DNA of 64,000 nt from Albugo candida (lineage: Eukaryota): contig JBDOQK010000061.1 of NCBI GenBank assembly GCA_040437565.1, forward strand, positions 124,001 to 188,000, given 5' to 3'. The notes beneath the pieces were generated by a model. It was not told where the DNA came from. It worked only from the letters and a program-made list of their open reading frames with translations, and ran no database searches. Every line of letters starts with the position of its first letter. Position 1 is the stretch's first letter. The position numbers were made by a program, and so were the translations under genes. This document shows positions 31,190 through 43,600 of this stretch, in pieces.

Positions 31190-33110
31190 ATAGGGATTAC
31201 CTTAAGTGGATAAATACCAGTTAGCCAGGAGCCGTACTAAGTACGAAATGAAAGCGGGGCGTCTATCAGTCGTCAAATGGTGTGCGCCACACTAGGATGA
31301 ACGTGGCCATTCAACTAGGACTAGAATCCGAGTTGCATCTGCATTTATACTTGTCTATGTCGTACCCACAGCAATGATGCTCGACTTTCAAAAAATCCAC
31401 CAAATGATCCTTGCGTTGCGAGTGAGACAAAACTTTTCCAATACGAATGAGTTCATCCTGATCGTTACACTGTCCTCGAAAGTACCGACAGTGCGTACTA
31501 AACGTGGTGTAGATCACGGCAAGTGATGAAACTGCTGGAGTCGCCGATCGCTGATCGAACGAACGACGACTGCGATCGGTCCAGACGAATTGTAGCGTCT
31601 CCGCTTGCATTGCAAACCGCAAGTGTGATATAATCTGCTGATAAAACTTCCACGCCGGGCGTAATGCTGGCACAATTGCACATGCAATATGCGTCCAACG
31701 TGGTCGGGACGAGAAGAACTGATCCCAATTAGGTAGTAACTCCATCCATGATTGTTTCCTGTGGTCGCACAATATAATGTCGGGATGACTATCCTAAAAA
31801 AACCCAAAACAAGATCGAGCTGGCAATATCCGAAAGGTCAGTCGAAACTTTGAATCCCTGAAAATCGCTAAGCCACGCTTCCAAAGATGCCGTGATGTTT
31901 CCGTAAATGTTCCAGCTTATTCGGTAGGCACGCAGTAGATGGGAAAGAGTTGCCATCTCTTTGCTTTGTATTCTCACATAAAAGAATCTGCCTCTTGTGC
32001 TTGGGTGGATCCAAGTGATGGGACCAATCGTCTTGTGGATACGCGTATTATCTGAGTGACTTCATTGTAAAGTCGACTAACCACGTCCGATGTATTCAGC
32101 TATTCATAGTTCTTGTAGTGATCGACGAATGCTTGCTTCGTTGGATGCGTATCGCTTTCTAGAGAAAAAGTCTTAAAGACTTCAAATCTCGAAAATTGTA
32201 GCAGACGATTTTGGGCATGTGNNNNNNNNNNNNNNNNNNNNNNNNNNNNNNNNNNNNNNNNNNNNNNNNNNNNNNNNNNNNNNNNNNNNNNNNNNNNNNN
32301 NNNNNNNNNNNNNNNNNNNNNGTACTAAACGTGGTGTAGATCACGGCAAGTGATGAAACTGCTGGAGTCGCCGATCGCTGATCGAACGAACGACGACTGC
32401 GATCGGTCCAGACGAATTGTAGCGTCTCCGCTTGCATTGCAAACCGCAAGTGTGATATAATCTGCTGATAAAACTTCCACGCCGGGCGTAATGCTGGCAC
32501 AATTGCACATGCAATATGCGTCCAACGTGGTCGGGACGAGAAGAACTGATCCCAATTAGGTAGTAACTCCATCCATGATTGTTTCCTGTGGTCGCACAAT
32601 ATAATGTCGGGATGACTATCCTAAAAAAACCCAAAACAAGATCGAGCTGGCAATATCCGAAAGGTCAGTCGAAACTTTGAATCCCTGAAAATCGCTAAGC
32701 CACGCTTCCAAAGATGCCGTGATGTTTCCGTAAATGTTCCAGCTTATTCGGTAGGCACGCAGTAGATGGGAAAGAGTTGCCATCTCTTTGCTTTGTATTC
32801 TCACATAAAAGAATCTGCCTCTTGTGCTTGGGTGGATCCAAGTGATGGGACCAATCGTCTTGTGGATACGCGTATTATCTGAGTGACTTCATTGTAAAGT
32901 CGACTAACCACGTCCGATGTATTCAGCTATTCATAGTTCTTGTAGTGATCGACGAATGCTTGCTTCGTTGGATGCGTATCGCTTTCTAGAGAAAAAGTCT
33001 TAAAGACTTCAAATCTCGAAAATTGTAGCAGACGATTTTGGGCATGTGTGATGTGTCTCGTACACGATGCCAATTCTACAAAAGATTTTGCGCACTCGAT
33101 CACGAGTAAA
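31190..33110 (-). mobile_element. L1/Tx1-like LINE, 3' part of ORF2 (includes a gap-flanking duplication)
   Basis: zf-RVT-like C-terminal remnant (WTHIACAIVPALRPAW...AETLQFVWTDRSRRSFD) homologous to 34200-34900 and 39250-40600. Boundaries approximate. Confidence 0.75.
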
Positions 33111-33392
33111 AGATATATACTCTAACTTTTTTTGCGCAGTGGGATTACATCGTAAATTTACCTCGACATCCGAGACGCTTTCTCTAGGATTACTATCGAC
33201 GCGTTTGTTGTCGCTTCAGCTGGACCTGTAACCTAATATGTACCGAGAGAAGCTTATTGCAGAAATGCGAATAGAGTTAGTTTCATATATTGCTTAACGA
33301 GCCACTTAGTTAATTTTTTCTATCTGGACTTGGCTTCTTACCTTCTATCAGAACATCAGAGATGCAACACCTTCGAGCAGGAAATTTAAAAC

Positions 33393-35151
33393 ATGTCGCT
33401 ATGGAAAAAGGCTAGAATGCATGCTAGCGTGGAGCCCGAGAATTCGTTCATGCTTGATCACCAAACTGTGTTACAAGAAAACTTGTTGGCTAAAGCACCC
33501 ACCACTTTGCGGAGTAATCTTTATATTAGGTCCGAGTCAATACCCCATATCTTGGGTACGGAGCCACTTTCGGATGCAATCGCGCTTACGCACCACATCG
33601 ACATGGCTAAATGCTCCAATGGGAGAGCACATCATCTTGGCGAAAACATTATTTTAAATGTGCCATCAGATCGATTGGAGCATTACAATTACCGATTTGA
33701 ATGTTCTCCAACGCCATCATTACCACATGGAACAACCGATGTGGTTCCGCTGCGACCAACAATTACAATATGAAGCCGCTACTCACAATCCGAGCACGTG
33801 GTACAATCTTGGGATAATGGATTAACCACACATCGCGCATTTCGATTAATCGTTCGCTGCAGCTTTTGACATCCAAAGCCTTCAAGACTTTCTTCTAGAA
33901 AGCGACGCATGGCCAACGAAGCACTATTTCGTCGACATATGTAACAATTGCGAAGAGCTGAACACATAGGATATGGCTGAAGAAAAGTTGATGAGTCCAC
34001 TTCACAATGAAGTCCCTCAGACACTGCGGCGTTTTCAGTCGACGATTGGTCTCATCGCTTCGATTCAACCAAACGCATGTGGCAGATCGTTGTATGTGGG
34101 ACTACAAAGCAAGGAGAGGAAACATTATTTCTCATCTATTTCACGCTCTCAGCTCTCACATATCTTCTGGATCCTCCCGAACCAACCAAGAGTCATCCGA
34201 TGTTGAAACATTAGTCGTCACGGGAAAGATCGGACGCAGTGGATTCAGAACGAGTTGGAGCATTTATGTCCACATCACGGTATCCTCGGAAACATTACCT
34301 ACCCACTTTCGAAGATCTACAATTTCGTATGGCCTTTCGGATCTCGTTTCTGGTTCTTAGAGGATAGTCAGCCCGACATTCATTTGTGCCCGCAGCCTTC
34401 GTGGGGCGCAGTGGGATTCGATCCAACATCCATTTCTAGAGTGCGATCACACAGATGGAGTTACTCGCTACGTGAGATCAGTTTTTCTCATCCCGACCAC
34501 GTTCGACGCATATCGCATGTGCAATTGTGCCAGCAATACGGCCGAGAAGGAAAGAAAGTCAGCAAAATATATCCAATTTATGGCTTGCATTGCAAGCGGT
34601 GACGCTGCACTTCGTCTGGACCGATCGTAATCGTCATTTGTTCGATCAGCAGTCAGCAATTCCGACAATTTCAGCACGTTCCGTGATCTACATCACGTTT
34701 GGTGCGCACGTTCGGTTCTTTCGAAGTCATGTTACGATCTAGACGAACGCATTCGGCTTGCCAAGGTGCTACATCAACTCGCAACGCGAGGGTCATTCGG
34801 TGGATTTTTCAGAAGTCGAAGATCTTCGATTCGGGTACGTCATAGGCAAGTCAACATGCAAATACAACTCGGATCTAGTCCTAGTTGGATGACTACGTTC
34901 AGCCAAGTGTGACGCATGCCAATTTTTCTAAATACGGTACTTTTGGACAATTTTACATTTTACATTTTTACACACTGGACACCATGGCGGTTAAGGGTAC
35001 CGCAATATAGGACTATCAGCGAGAAGACATATTATCATCTCTCACAGGTATTTTCATGAAGCGGTTTACTATGTTTATATGTTATTTGAGATAGCCTAGA
35101 CAACTACAGAAGTCAGTTACTCTAATTCTAGTAATACATACATATTCAACT
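33393..35151 (+). mobile_element. L1/Tx1-like LINE, 5'-truncated, with 3' UTR
   Basis: Remnants LWLALQAVTLHFVWTDRNRHLFD and HLCPHHGILGNITYPL. The 3' UTR ends ...CTAATTCTAGTAATACATACATATTCAACTG, shared with other copies. Confidence 0.8.
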
Positions 35152-35488
35152 GAGCTTACGGAAAACTTCTCAATTTGCCGGCTACTACGTAACCCGCCAA
35201 GTTAGTACAAAACAACTCGAAAAACTACCTTTTTCAACTCTTTCCTCTCGAAGACAATGGTTCACGTCGACATATCGACACAACCAAGGGTGCTGGCGTC
35301 CACTTGTAGTGACGTGGCAACCCTCATGAGTCACCCTGTTTTGGGTGATTGCATGATTGTTGATGAGTCATCACCCCTATGTGATGACNNNNNNNNNNNN
35401 NNNNNNNNNNNNNNNNNNNNNNNNNNNNNNNNNNNNNNNNNNNNNNNNNNNNNNNNNNNNNNNNNNNNNNNNNNNNNNNNNNNNNNNN

Positions 35489-35551
35489 AGATAGCCTAGG
35501 CAACTAGAGAAGTCAGTTAGTCTAATTCTAGTAATATAGACACCTTCAACT
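35489..35551 (+). mobile_element. LINE 3' terminus following an N gap
   Basis: AGATAGCCTAGGCAACTAGAGAAGTCAGTTAGTCTAATTCTAGTAATATAGACACCTTCAAC is the same family end as 14319-14383 (-) and 39002-39065 (-). Confidence 0.75.
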
Positions 35552-35739
35552 GGAGGTCGTTGGTTCGATCCCCGGCAATGTGGGCAGCGGTTTGAGCCCA
35601 CCCAAGCAATAAGCTTGGAAAATATCTGCCTCCCTAGGTTTGAAGTCAGACTTAAGTGATATACACACGGTCACGGGCTCATGATAGGATAAGGAAGGTA
35701 GTTAGAGAACCAGATAAAACAGTGTAATGAAATCCTTGA
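35551..35739 (+). mobile_element. tRNA-derived SINE, copy 2 (5' head missing, joined to a LINE end)
   Basis: GGAGGTCGTTGGTTCGATCCCCGGCA...GTGTAATGAAATCCTTGA matches copies 1 and 3. Confidence 0.85.
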
Positions 35740-35838
35740 AACTAAACGATTGGTTAGAATTTTAATTTTCCAAAAATAAAACTACAGTTTTCGGCAATTT
35801 TTTCTTCCAACGCAACCGTCTTCGCTCACCTGCCAACA
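35740..35838. repeat. Partial solo LTR of the copia element 2 family (inverted relative to 40661 and 46641)
   Basis: Ends CGCAACCGTCTTCGCTCACCTGCCAACA, the reverse complement of TGTTGGCAGGTGAG.GAAGA.GGTTGCG at 46641. Confidence 0.7.
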
Positions 35839-37356
35839 ATATGAACCATAGACACGCCCTTTTACATCATGCTAGTCAAATGATTAAGAGCAACCAGTAA
35901 TAAGATGCATTGTGGGATAAGCAATGTTCGGAATGAGGATGGGGAAGCCTACAGCAACATCATCAGTTTTATGAGCAGCAATAAGTAGCGCATCAGCAAC
36001 TACTCCAGACATTTGTGATTGCTGTTTTGTTAAGGGAAGATACGCATAATTTGACATGCGCGATGCCCCTGTATGGTGTCGGCCCTGAATTTGACTTCGC
36101 CGTGCTCTTAACGGGATATACGTTTGAGTGATAAAGTGCAGTGCCCAACATTATTGTTGTGCTTGACCCACATGAGCATATGAAGCTGTCTCAATGGCCG
36201 TCGATGCTGTAGAGCAGCGTTTAAGAAGAGGTCTAATCCATTGTGATGACGTCTTCGGTCACCGAGAATATCGCACTGCTTTACAGTTTGTGGATCTTCG
36301 CCGACCAATGGCGCTACCAGGCGCGTCAGTTTTAAATCAGCGACCTTATAATTAGCAGGCACACGCTCTGCCCACTCCCAAGGGGGATCGAAACAATGAA
36401 CTTCGGAGGGCGAGGGGAGGAAATGGATGCGTGGCTATGCGTACTCTTTGCTGCAGAAGACAATATATGTAGTCCATCGGACTAGCATCCATGCAATCAC
36501 GACAACTAGAGATTTTGTTGATTTTCAAGAGATCCTTGAATAATAGATCTCTGTAGCAAGCCGTGTGGATTCTATATCATTTATTTTGCTGGTAAGTATC
36601 GCTCGGAGACCTTTCCATCATTATTTTGTGACACTCTTGGACACTACATAACTCTTTGAGTAAAAGTTAGGTCTTCGAAGTCCTTCCGCCATCAAAGCAG
36701 AAGGTATTACCTGCAATAGCATTGATTTAAACTTTGAATGAGTGATTATGTGGTTGTCACCGAATTTGGTAAGATCCGATCATTTGCCCCAACTTTGCAT
36801 GGAATTGATCGGAGAATAATGCCGTTCGCTGATTCGCAGACAGAAAAGTGTGTTCATAGTTAGGCAATTCTTTTATCGAATTAATCTTATAAGTGGTAGT
36901 TACACAGGCGCCAAGACAGCCGACAAAGACAGGATATGTAGCTTTGCATGATACTTGACACCTCATGCGAAAGATTTTCAACTTCAGGTTACAGAAAATC
37001 TTTACTTTACACCAGATCAGGCTATAAAGTGGCGTCGGTAAGGACCGTAAGACAAAGACAAGATGGAGAGGTAAAGCTTTTTCAAATAAATGATTGAGAG
37101 GTCGCAGTCGGCCAGGTGAGTTTTTGATTCACGTTCACTCAGTGACTCAAAATGCACAAATAGGTCACAAGAATGTGAACGATTCCCTTGTATGTGCTTT
37201 TTTTTATTGTCACTAGTCCGTATCGACCGAAACAATGCTGGAATTTGGAGTGTTCGACGTGTATTCGAGGAGCCGTTGATTTATACACGTCACGTTCAGT
37301 CTTTATTTAGCATTACGGTTAGTAAAAGACCGACTATTAGCAGCAATATATCATAA

Positions 37357-38151
37357 ATGCGATCCTATCCTGCAATAGAGAAAGCCGAACAAGCATTCTA
37401 CGCACGTCGAATTCGATTGTGCTCGACTAGTAAAAATTTGCTACCTTTCACAAAAAATGAGGTCAGGATTTGCACAGGATCATTAATTGATCATGGCGAA
37501 CATGAGACCAACGCGAGTGAAAATTTTCGATGCTTTTGTACCGAGTGGGACCAGGATTTTAACTTACTTCTCAACGATATGCATGCTATCGAGCAACTTA
37601 CAGCACAAGATTACCAATTGCTACAAATGGGTAATCGAGACAAAGATCCAGTTTCAAAAAAAAAATTTGCGAGCAAGTACGCACCTCGTGTTCGGTCAAA
37701 ATATGTCTGTCCGAGAAAGCGCAATAGATCAAGCATTACTTTCAAAATTGAAAAAAAGTCAGACAACAAATTATTGCCTCTTCACAGTAATTCTGACTCC
37801 GAAGTCGTATACAATGCAGCTAGCTTCATTCAGCGATCATGGCGTCAACGATGCGATAATTTGAAAAAAGCTGAACAGATTTTGCAAAAAGGAAAGTGTG
37901 CAATGAAATACCGAGCATGGCAACAATGGAATCAGCACGTGATTGCTCACAAACATTTCCGCAAAAAATGCGAGACTAGCCTGTGCGGGGTGATAACAGA
38001 TGCCAAGATTCGGGAGCGTGCACCAGACCATGTTTATTTGGATGGAAAATACGGAATGGCGAAGTGGTATCATAATATGCTATCAAAACGTAAAATATGG
38101 AGAAGCTGGCTCAAACAGAACTCATCGAAAAGAGCTGCCGGAAGGATATAA
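37357..38151 (+). CDS. Hypothetical 264-aa protein with an IQ calmodulin-binding-like motif
   Basis: Uninterrupted ATG-initiated ORF in a region where all TE ORFs are broken. AASFIQRSWRQR is IQ-like. KYRAWQQW and KRKIWRSW resemble Sfi1-type centrin-binding repeats. Confidence 0.65.
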   Translation: MRSYPAIEKAEQAFYARRIRLCSTSKNLLPFTKNEVRICTGSLIDHGEHETNASENFRCFCTEWDQDFNLLLNDMHAIEQLTAQDYQLLQMGNRDKDPVSKKKFASKYAPRVRSKYVCPRKRNRSSITFKIEKKSDNKLLPLHSNSDSEVVYNAASFIQRSWRQRCDNLKKAEQILQKGKCAMKYRAWQQWNQHVIAHKHFRKKCETSLCGVITDAKIRERAPDHVYLDGKYGMAKWYHNMLSKRKIWRSWLKQNSSKRAAGRI

Positions 38152-40660
38152 AGAGCGTTCTTGGAAGGTCTAATCGAGACTTAACATCACAATAGTGGCT
38201 TATCTTGATCAACGGCTCATCGTCATCTGCTCAAATCAATCTTCCTGGTCTCGAGGAGGATGTCGACTAGTAATTTTTAAGAGGTGAATTTAAGTCTCTA
38301 TATCAGTGGCAGCAGAAGAGGTCAAGTATTTTCCTTGATTGATAAGCCTTGGATTGCAGACGTAGTGCCTCGTCACACTCTAAACGGAATCTCGCAGAGG
38401 TGAATCCAATCACTCAAACTGACTTTCAGCTTTTAGATCTTTTTGGAAGCTATATTCTCAATTTCCAACGACTTGGCATCTCACATAATCATCTTCCGTA
38501 TAGTTTATAGTAAGTGTACCAACGTCGTGAGCGTTAACACTATAATAGTATTGTATAAAGCCAGAAAGCTTATTTTATCCGCAGTTACAGCAGGTTCTTG
38601 AATCATCGGTGATGCAGGTATACCCTTCAATTCTGTCACTCCCTTGATTGCAAAATAGCTAATTGCTGACATGGCATACTTGATCTTCCTCATCGAAGAT
38701 ATTAGTAAAATTTACATAGTAGGGTAGATATAGAAGAATTGTATGTATTTTCATGAGTCTCGGGTCACAAAGATCTGCTTAGTGCGCGCACAAAACTATA
38801 ATACAAGAACCGCTATGAGCCCTTCCACACGAAATGTCTTGATAAACTGGTGCTTTAGTTTCATACAGAACTTAGTATACCGTCTTAGTGGCAATACTTT
38901 TCTTGATATAACGGCACCATGATATATAATAAGCATCACGATTCGGTTACATAGTTTGCCACCTAGGTGCGCATAAAAGCATGGGAAAAATAGGTGGCGT
39001 TCAGTTAAGGTGTCATGTTACTAGAATTAGACAGACTGACTTCTCTAGTTGGCTAGGCTATCTTAAACAACATATGAAATATAAATAGCGTTTCGTGGAA
39101 ATTCCCCCTGTTAGAGATGATATTATGTCCTCTCGTTGACAGTCCTGTATTGCTGTAGCCAGAATCACTACAATACGAGACTGTGTCTAGTGTGAAAATT
39201 TTAGGAAGCTATGAAGTTTGTCCAAAATTACCGTGTCTTGCAAGCTGTGTACGCCACACTAGACTGAACGTAGCCATCCAACTAGGACTAGAAGCAAAGT
39301 TGCGCTTGCTCTTCTACTTGCCTGTGCAGTACCCGCAACACTGATCTTCGACTCGTGTATAATTCAATGAATGATCGTTTTATTGTGAATTGATCCAAGA
39401 CCTTTACAAGCCGAATGCGTTCATCTGGATCGTAACACTGTCTTCAAAAAAACCGAGCGTGCGTAGAGCACGGAAGGGATGGAGCAGTTGGAGTTCTGAT
39501 CGCTGACCGAGCAAATATCGACTCGATAGTCCAGACGAAGTGCAGTGCCACCTCTTGCAATGCAAGCCATAAATCTGATTTAATTTGCTTATATTCTTTC
39601 TATGCCCAAATTGCTGGCACAATTGCACATGCAATATGCTTCCAATGTGGTCGGGATAAGAAAAACTGATCCCAAGAAGCTAGTAACTCCATTCATAATT
39701 GTACCGTGTGAATGCAGTCGAGAAGAGATGTTGATCAGATTTCATTGCACCATACGACGGCTGCGCGCACATTATGATGTCGGGCTCAATATCTTCTAAA
39801 AGAAGAAACGCAATCAAAGTGGCAACATCCGTAAGGCCAGACGTAACTGTTGATCTTCCAAAATGGGTAGGAAACGTTTCCGAAGATGCCGCGATGTAGC
39901 CATAAATGTTTCAACTCATTCCTGAATCCAGTGCGCCCGATCTCTCCCGTGANNNNNNNNNNNNNNNNNNNNNNNNNNNNNNNNNNNNNNNNNNNNNNNN
40001 NNNNNNNNNNNNNNNNNNNNNNNNNNNNNNNNNNNNNNNNNNNNNNNNNNNNGTTGATCAGATTTCATTGCACCATACGACGGCTGCGCGCACATTATGA
40101 TGTCGGGCTCAATATCTTCTAAAAGAAGAAACGCAATCAAAGTGGCAACATCCGTAAGGCCAGACGTAACTGTTGATCTTCCAAAATGGGTAGGAAACGT
40201 TTCCGAAGATGCCGCGATGTAGCCATAAATGTTTCAACTCATTCTGAATCCAGTGCGCCCGATCTCTCCCGTGACGACTAATATGTTTACATCGGATGAC
40301 TCTTGTTTGTTTCGGGAGGAACTCACACGATTCGTGAGAGCTGATAGCGTGAAATGAATGGGAAATATTGTTTTGTCTACTTGCTTTGTACTACCGTATA
40401 AAACGGTCTGCCACATGCATTTGGTTGAATCCAAGCGATGAGACCAATCGTCGAGTGAATACGATGTACTATTTGAGTGGCTTCGTTGTAAAGTCGACTC
40501 GATAACTTCTCTTTAGCCACATCTGATTTATTCAGCTCTTCGTCGGTGTAATATATGTCGACGAAATCGTCTTCGTTGGCAATGTGTAGCTTTCTCGAGA
40601 AAAATCTTGAAGAATTCGGATTTCAAAAAGTCTAGCAAGCGACATTCGAAACGTCGAATA

Positions 40661-43600
40661 TGCTGGCAGGTGAGCAAAGATGATTGCGTTTTAGGAAATT
40701 ACCAAAACTGAGGTTTTATCCAAAAACAACTATAGTCCTAACCAATTGTTTAAACTAAGTATCAAGTGCGATTAGAATCCCAAAGCACAATCTTAATTCC
40801 TTCCGACACTCCTTTCTTTCTGGTTGCACTTGAAATTGTGTCATCTTCAACTTGCATCGTTCGATCCCGTCGCTGTCATAACTTTCTGAAGAAATCTTGG
40901 TGTCGAAAACGCCTTTGTCTGCAAGTCGGCCATCATCTGCGATGAATGTACGTACCTTGGTGCGATAATTTGTTTGGCCATGTTAGCTCTGACGAGTAAT
41001 AGCCGGACGTCGATATGTTTAGCCCTGATACCAATGATGACATACCATCAAAATTATCTTGCAGCAGGGCTTGAGCGTTCAGATGAAGGTGAAGATGCAC
41101 TGTCACACCAGAAGGCATCAAACATGCATCCTATCGTGATTTTTCTCATCATGCGAGTATTGGACGCACCTCGTGAGATATAACTCTATGCTTTTGCAAT
41201 TCAGTCGGTCGTGGAAGATGGGCTTAAAAGTTTTCATTTTTTTTACAAGCGGCTCAAATGTTAGTTGCAATCGCGGCACCTTTGGTCAAAATGGATGACT
41301 GTTCTTCGACGTTATTGACCTGTGTCTATACTTCAGCAGCACCTCTGTTGGGAAAGCTAGTACCAGGCACGAAAGCTATCGCGCAACGCTTACTTTGTCA
41401 AGGATTTCATTACACTGTTTATCTGGTTCTTCAACATCCTTCCTTATCCTATCATGAGTCCCTGATCGTGTGAATATCACTCAAGTCTGACTTCAAACCT
41501 ACGGATGCAGATATTTGCCAAGTTTATTGCTTGGGTGGGCTCAAACCGCTGCCCACGCTGCCGGGGATCGAACTAACGACCTCCGGCAGGGGGTCCGTGC
41601 GCTCAAGTGCTTAACCGACTGAGCTGGGTACGGACCCCGCGCAACGCTTACTGCTGTCCATCATGCTCCATCCAGTCTATTTGGCTCCGATTACTGCGCT
41701 TTCCAAAGAAACTTACGCAGTTAGAGTTCTACAGATGGCCTATCAAGCTTTACTTAGGTCATCGCGAGCACAAGAAGAGCATACAGAATCACTTCTTAGA
41801 CTTGAAGGCTGTACCACCTTGACATTTAAATCTTATCATTTACGATTACCGCAGGAAGCCCACTCGTATACTGCCAGCAACCTACCGTTTCCACCATCGT
41901 GGTTCTATGCGTGATTTTCACGCATGCAGTATGTGACTTCGCGCGACCTTGACCATCAGCGAAAAGCTCAAGTCAGCTCGGGAGGCAATGAAAACATTGG
42001 CGACACGAAGAGATTTTGACAGCGTGCTGTCGATATCTCGAAGGACTGGAGACTTTCATCTTGCAATTGTTTGGATTCGAGTTGCCAACTATCACCGCTG
42101 AGGAAGAGATCTTTCATCTGTTCCACTCATTTCACAAATGAATTGTTTGTTGAAAACTTGACAGCTTCCATGGAAAATCTTCTCTCAACCATATTGAAGC
42201 AGTACTTTAGCGATTATGACCCAAAAACTCTCAATATTTTCGATAGCTTTTGGTCACTATGCTGGATCACTTTTCGAATTAAGACCCGGCAGCTTCCACC
42301 TCAATTGATAAGGGCAGATTTGCACAATTCTCGGATAAACTATCTGCCCTACCGAAACCCATGCAAGCTGCTATGATGTTTGTGGAGCGTATCATCAGCA
42401 AATTTACGACGACATCGTTTGGCAATAAAGCTTTCGCGCATTTTGTGGTATTGATATTTACATCCAGTTTTCCAACAGAACTGCGAAAATAGAAGTAGCT
42501 TCGATTCACGAGATCATTGTCTCCTTCACTTTGACGTTTAACTCTTTATATAATTCTCTTGATCAATAAAATTCCTGCGATGCCTTCGATGCTGCTACGA
42601 CATCCAATTCCATCGTCTATAATCCCATCGAGTGCTGCTTCTTGCATGACCAGATGATCGCCAATATATGCAAAATGAATACTGGACCAGAGATGCTCTT
42701 TCTTGTTTCATCATCCGCCGCATAATCAGCATATGAAAACGCTTCAAGAGTGACTTCTCTGGGATTGGTGCATAGGCACCACCCAAATAGAGCTTTAGAT
42801 TTTTCGTACCCTTGAGATACTTCACCACTCTGACTACAAACGCCCAATCGGCTGTTCTTGGTGCATGAGTAAGTCTCATCAGCTTCTGCACAGCGAAACT
42901 GATGTTTGGACGAGTGCAGCGCGCAAACTATAAAAGGCTCCAGCCAAAGACTAAAACTTCTTGATATTTGGCTTCTTGACTGAATGGATATCCAAGCAGT
43001 TTGAATTTGATGTTGTGCTATAGGCGTAGTTTTGACCAATAGGAGTGAGAACCGGATGCGCTTCATCCAGACCCATTTTACTTATCAATTCATATATAGA
43101 AAGTTACTGATCCAAAGCGAATCCATCTTCTTCGCTGTGGCGAATTCGCATTCCCAAAATCTTGCTGACGGGTCCGAGATTCTTGATTGAAAGACTTGAA
43201 ATACTATCAAATGTCGACTCGATGCTCGAAAACTGTCCTCGTTATCATTATATCGCCGACATATACCCCTAAAACCGTATTTGCGCTTGTTGGGTCTTGG
43301 TCGTAATATAAACATGATGCTGTGAGACTTTGTTTAAAATATGCATCGCTAAGCTTTCCATGCAAAAGGTGACTCCATAGCCGTTCTTCTTGCTTCAACC
43401 CATAAACACTCTTCTGTTATCGTAGTACCACTCGATCACGACTCATTACACCGAGTTCATTCATCTTGGAAATCGATATTCCATTCCTTGAGGTACGTGC
43501 AGGTACAGGCCCAAGTTCTTTTCTGTTAGGAATTCACGTACGAATAAGATACGTCAGCACGCCTACCTGGCATTATCCAGATCCTTGCTAAATCTAGTAA

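Noticed and set aside
41555..41640. Functional tRNA gene
   Set aside because: Box A/B-like motifs are present, but there is no cloverleaf with acceptor and anticodon stems. It is part of a dispersed repeat with a TSD, so it is a SINE.
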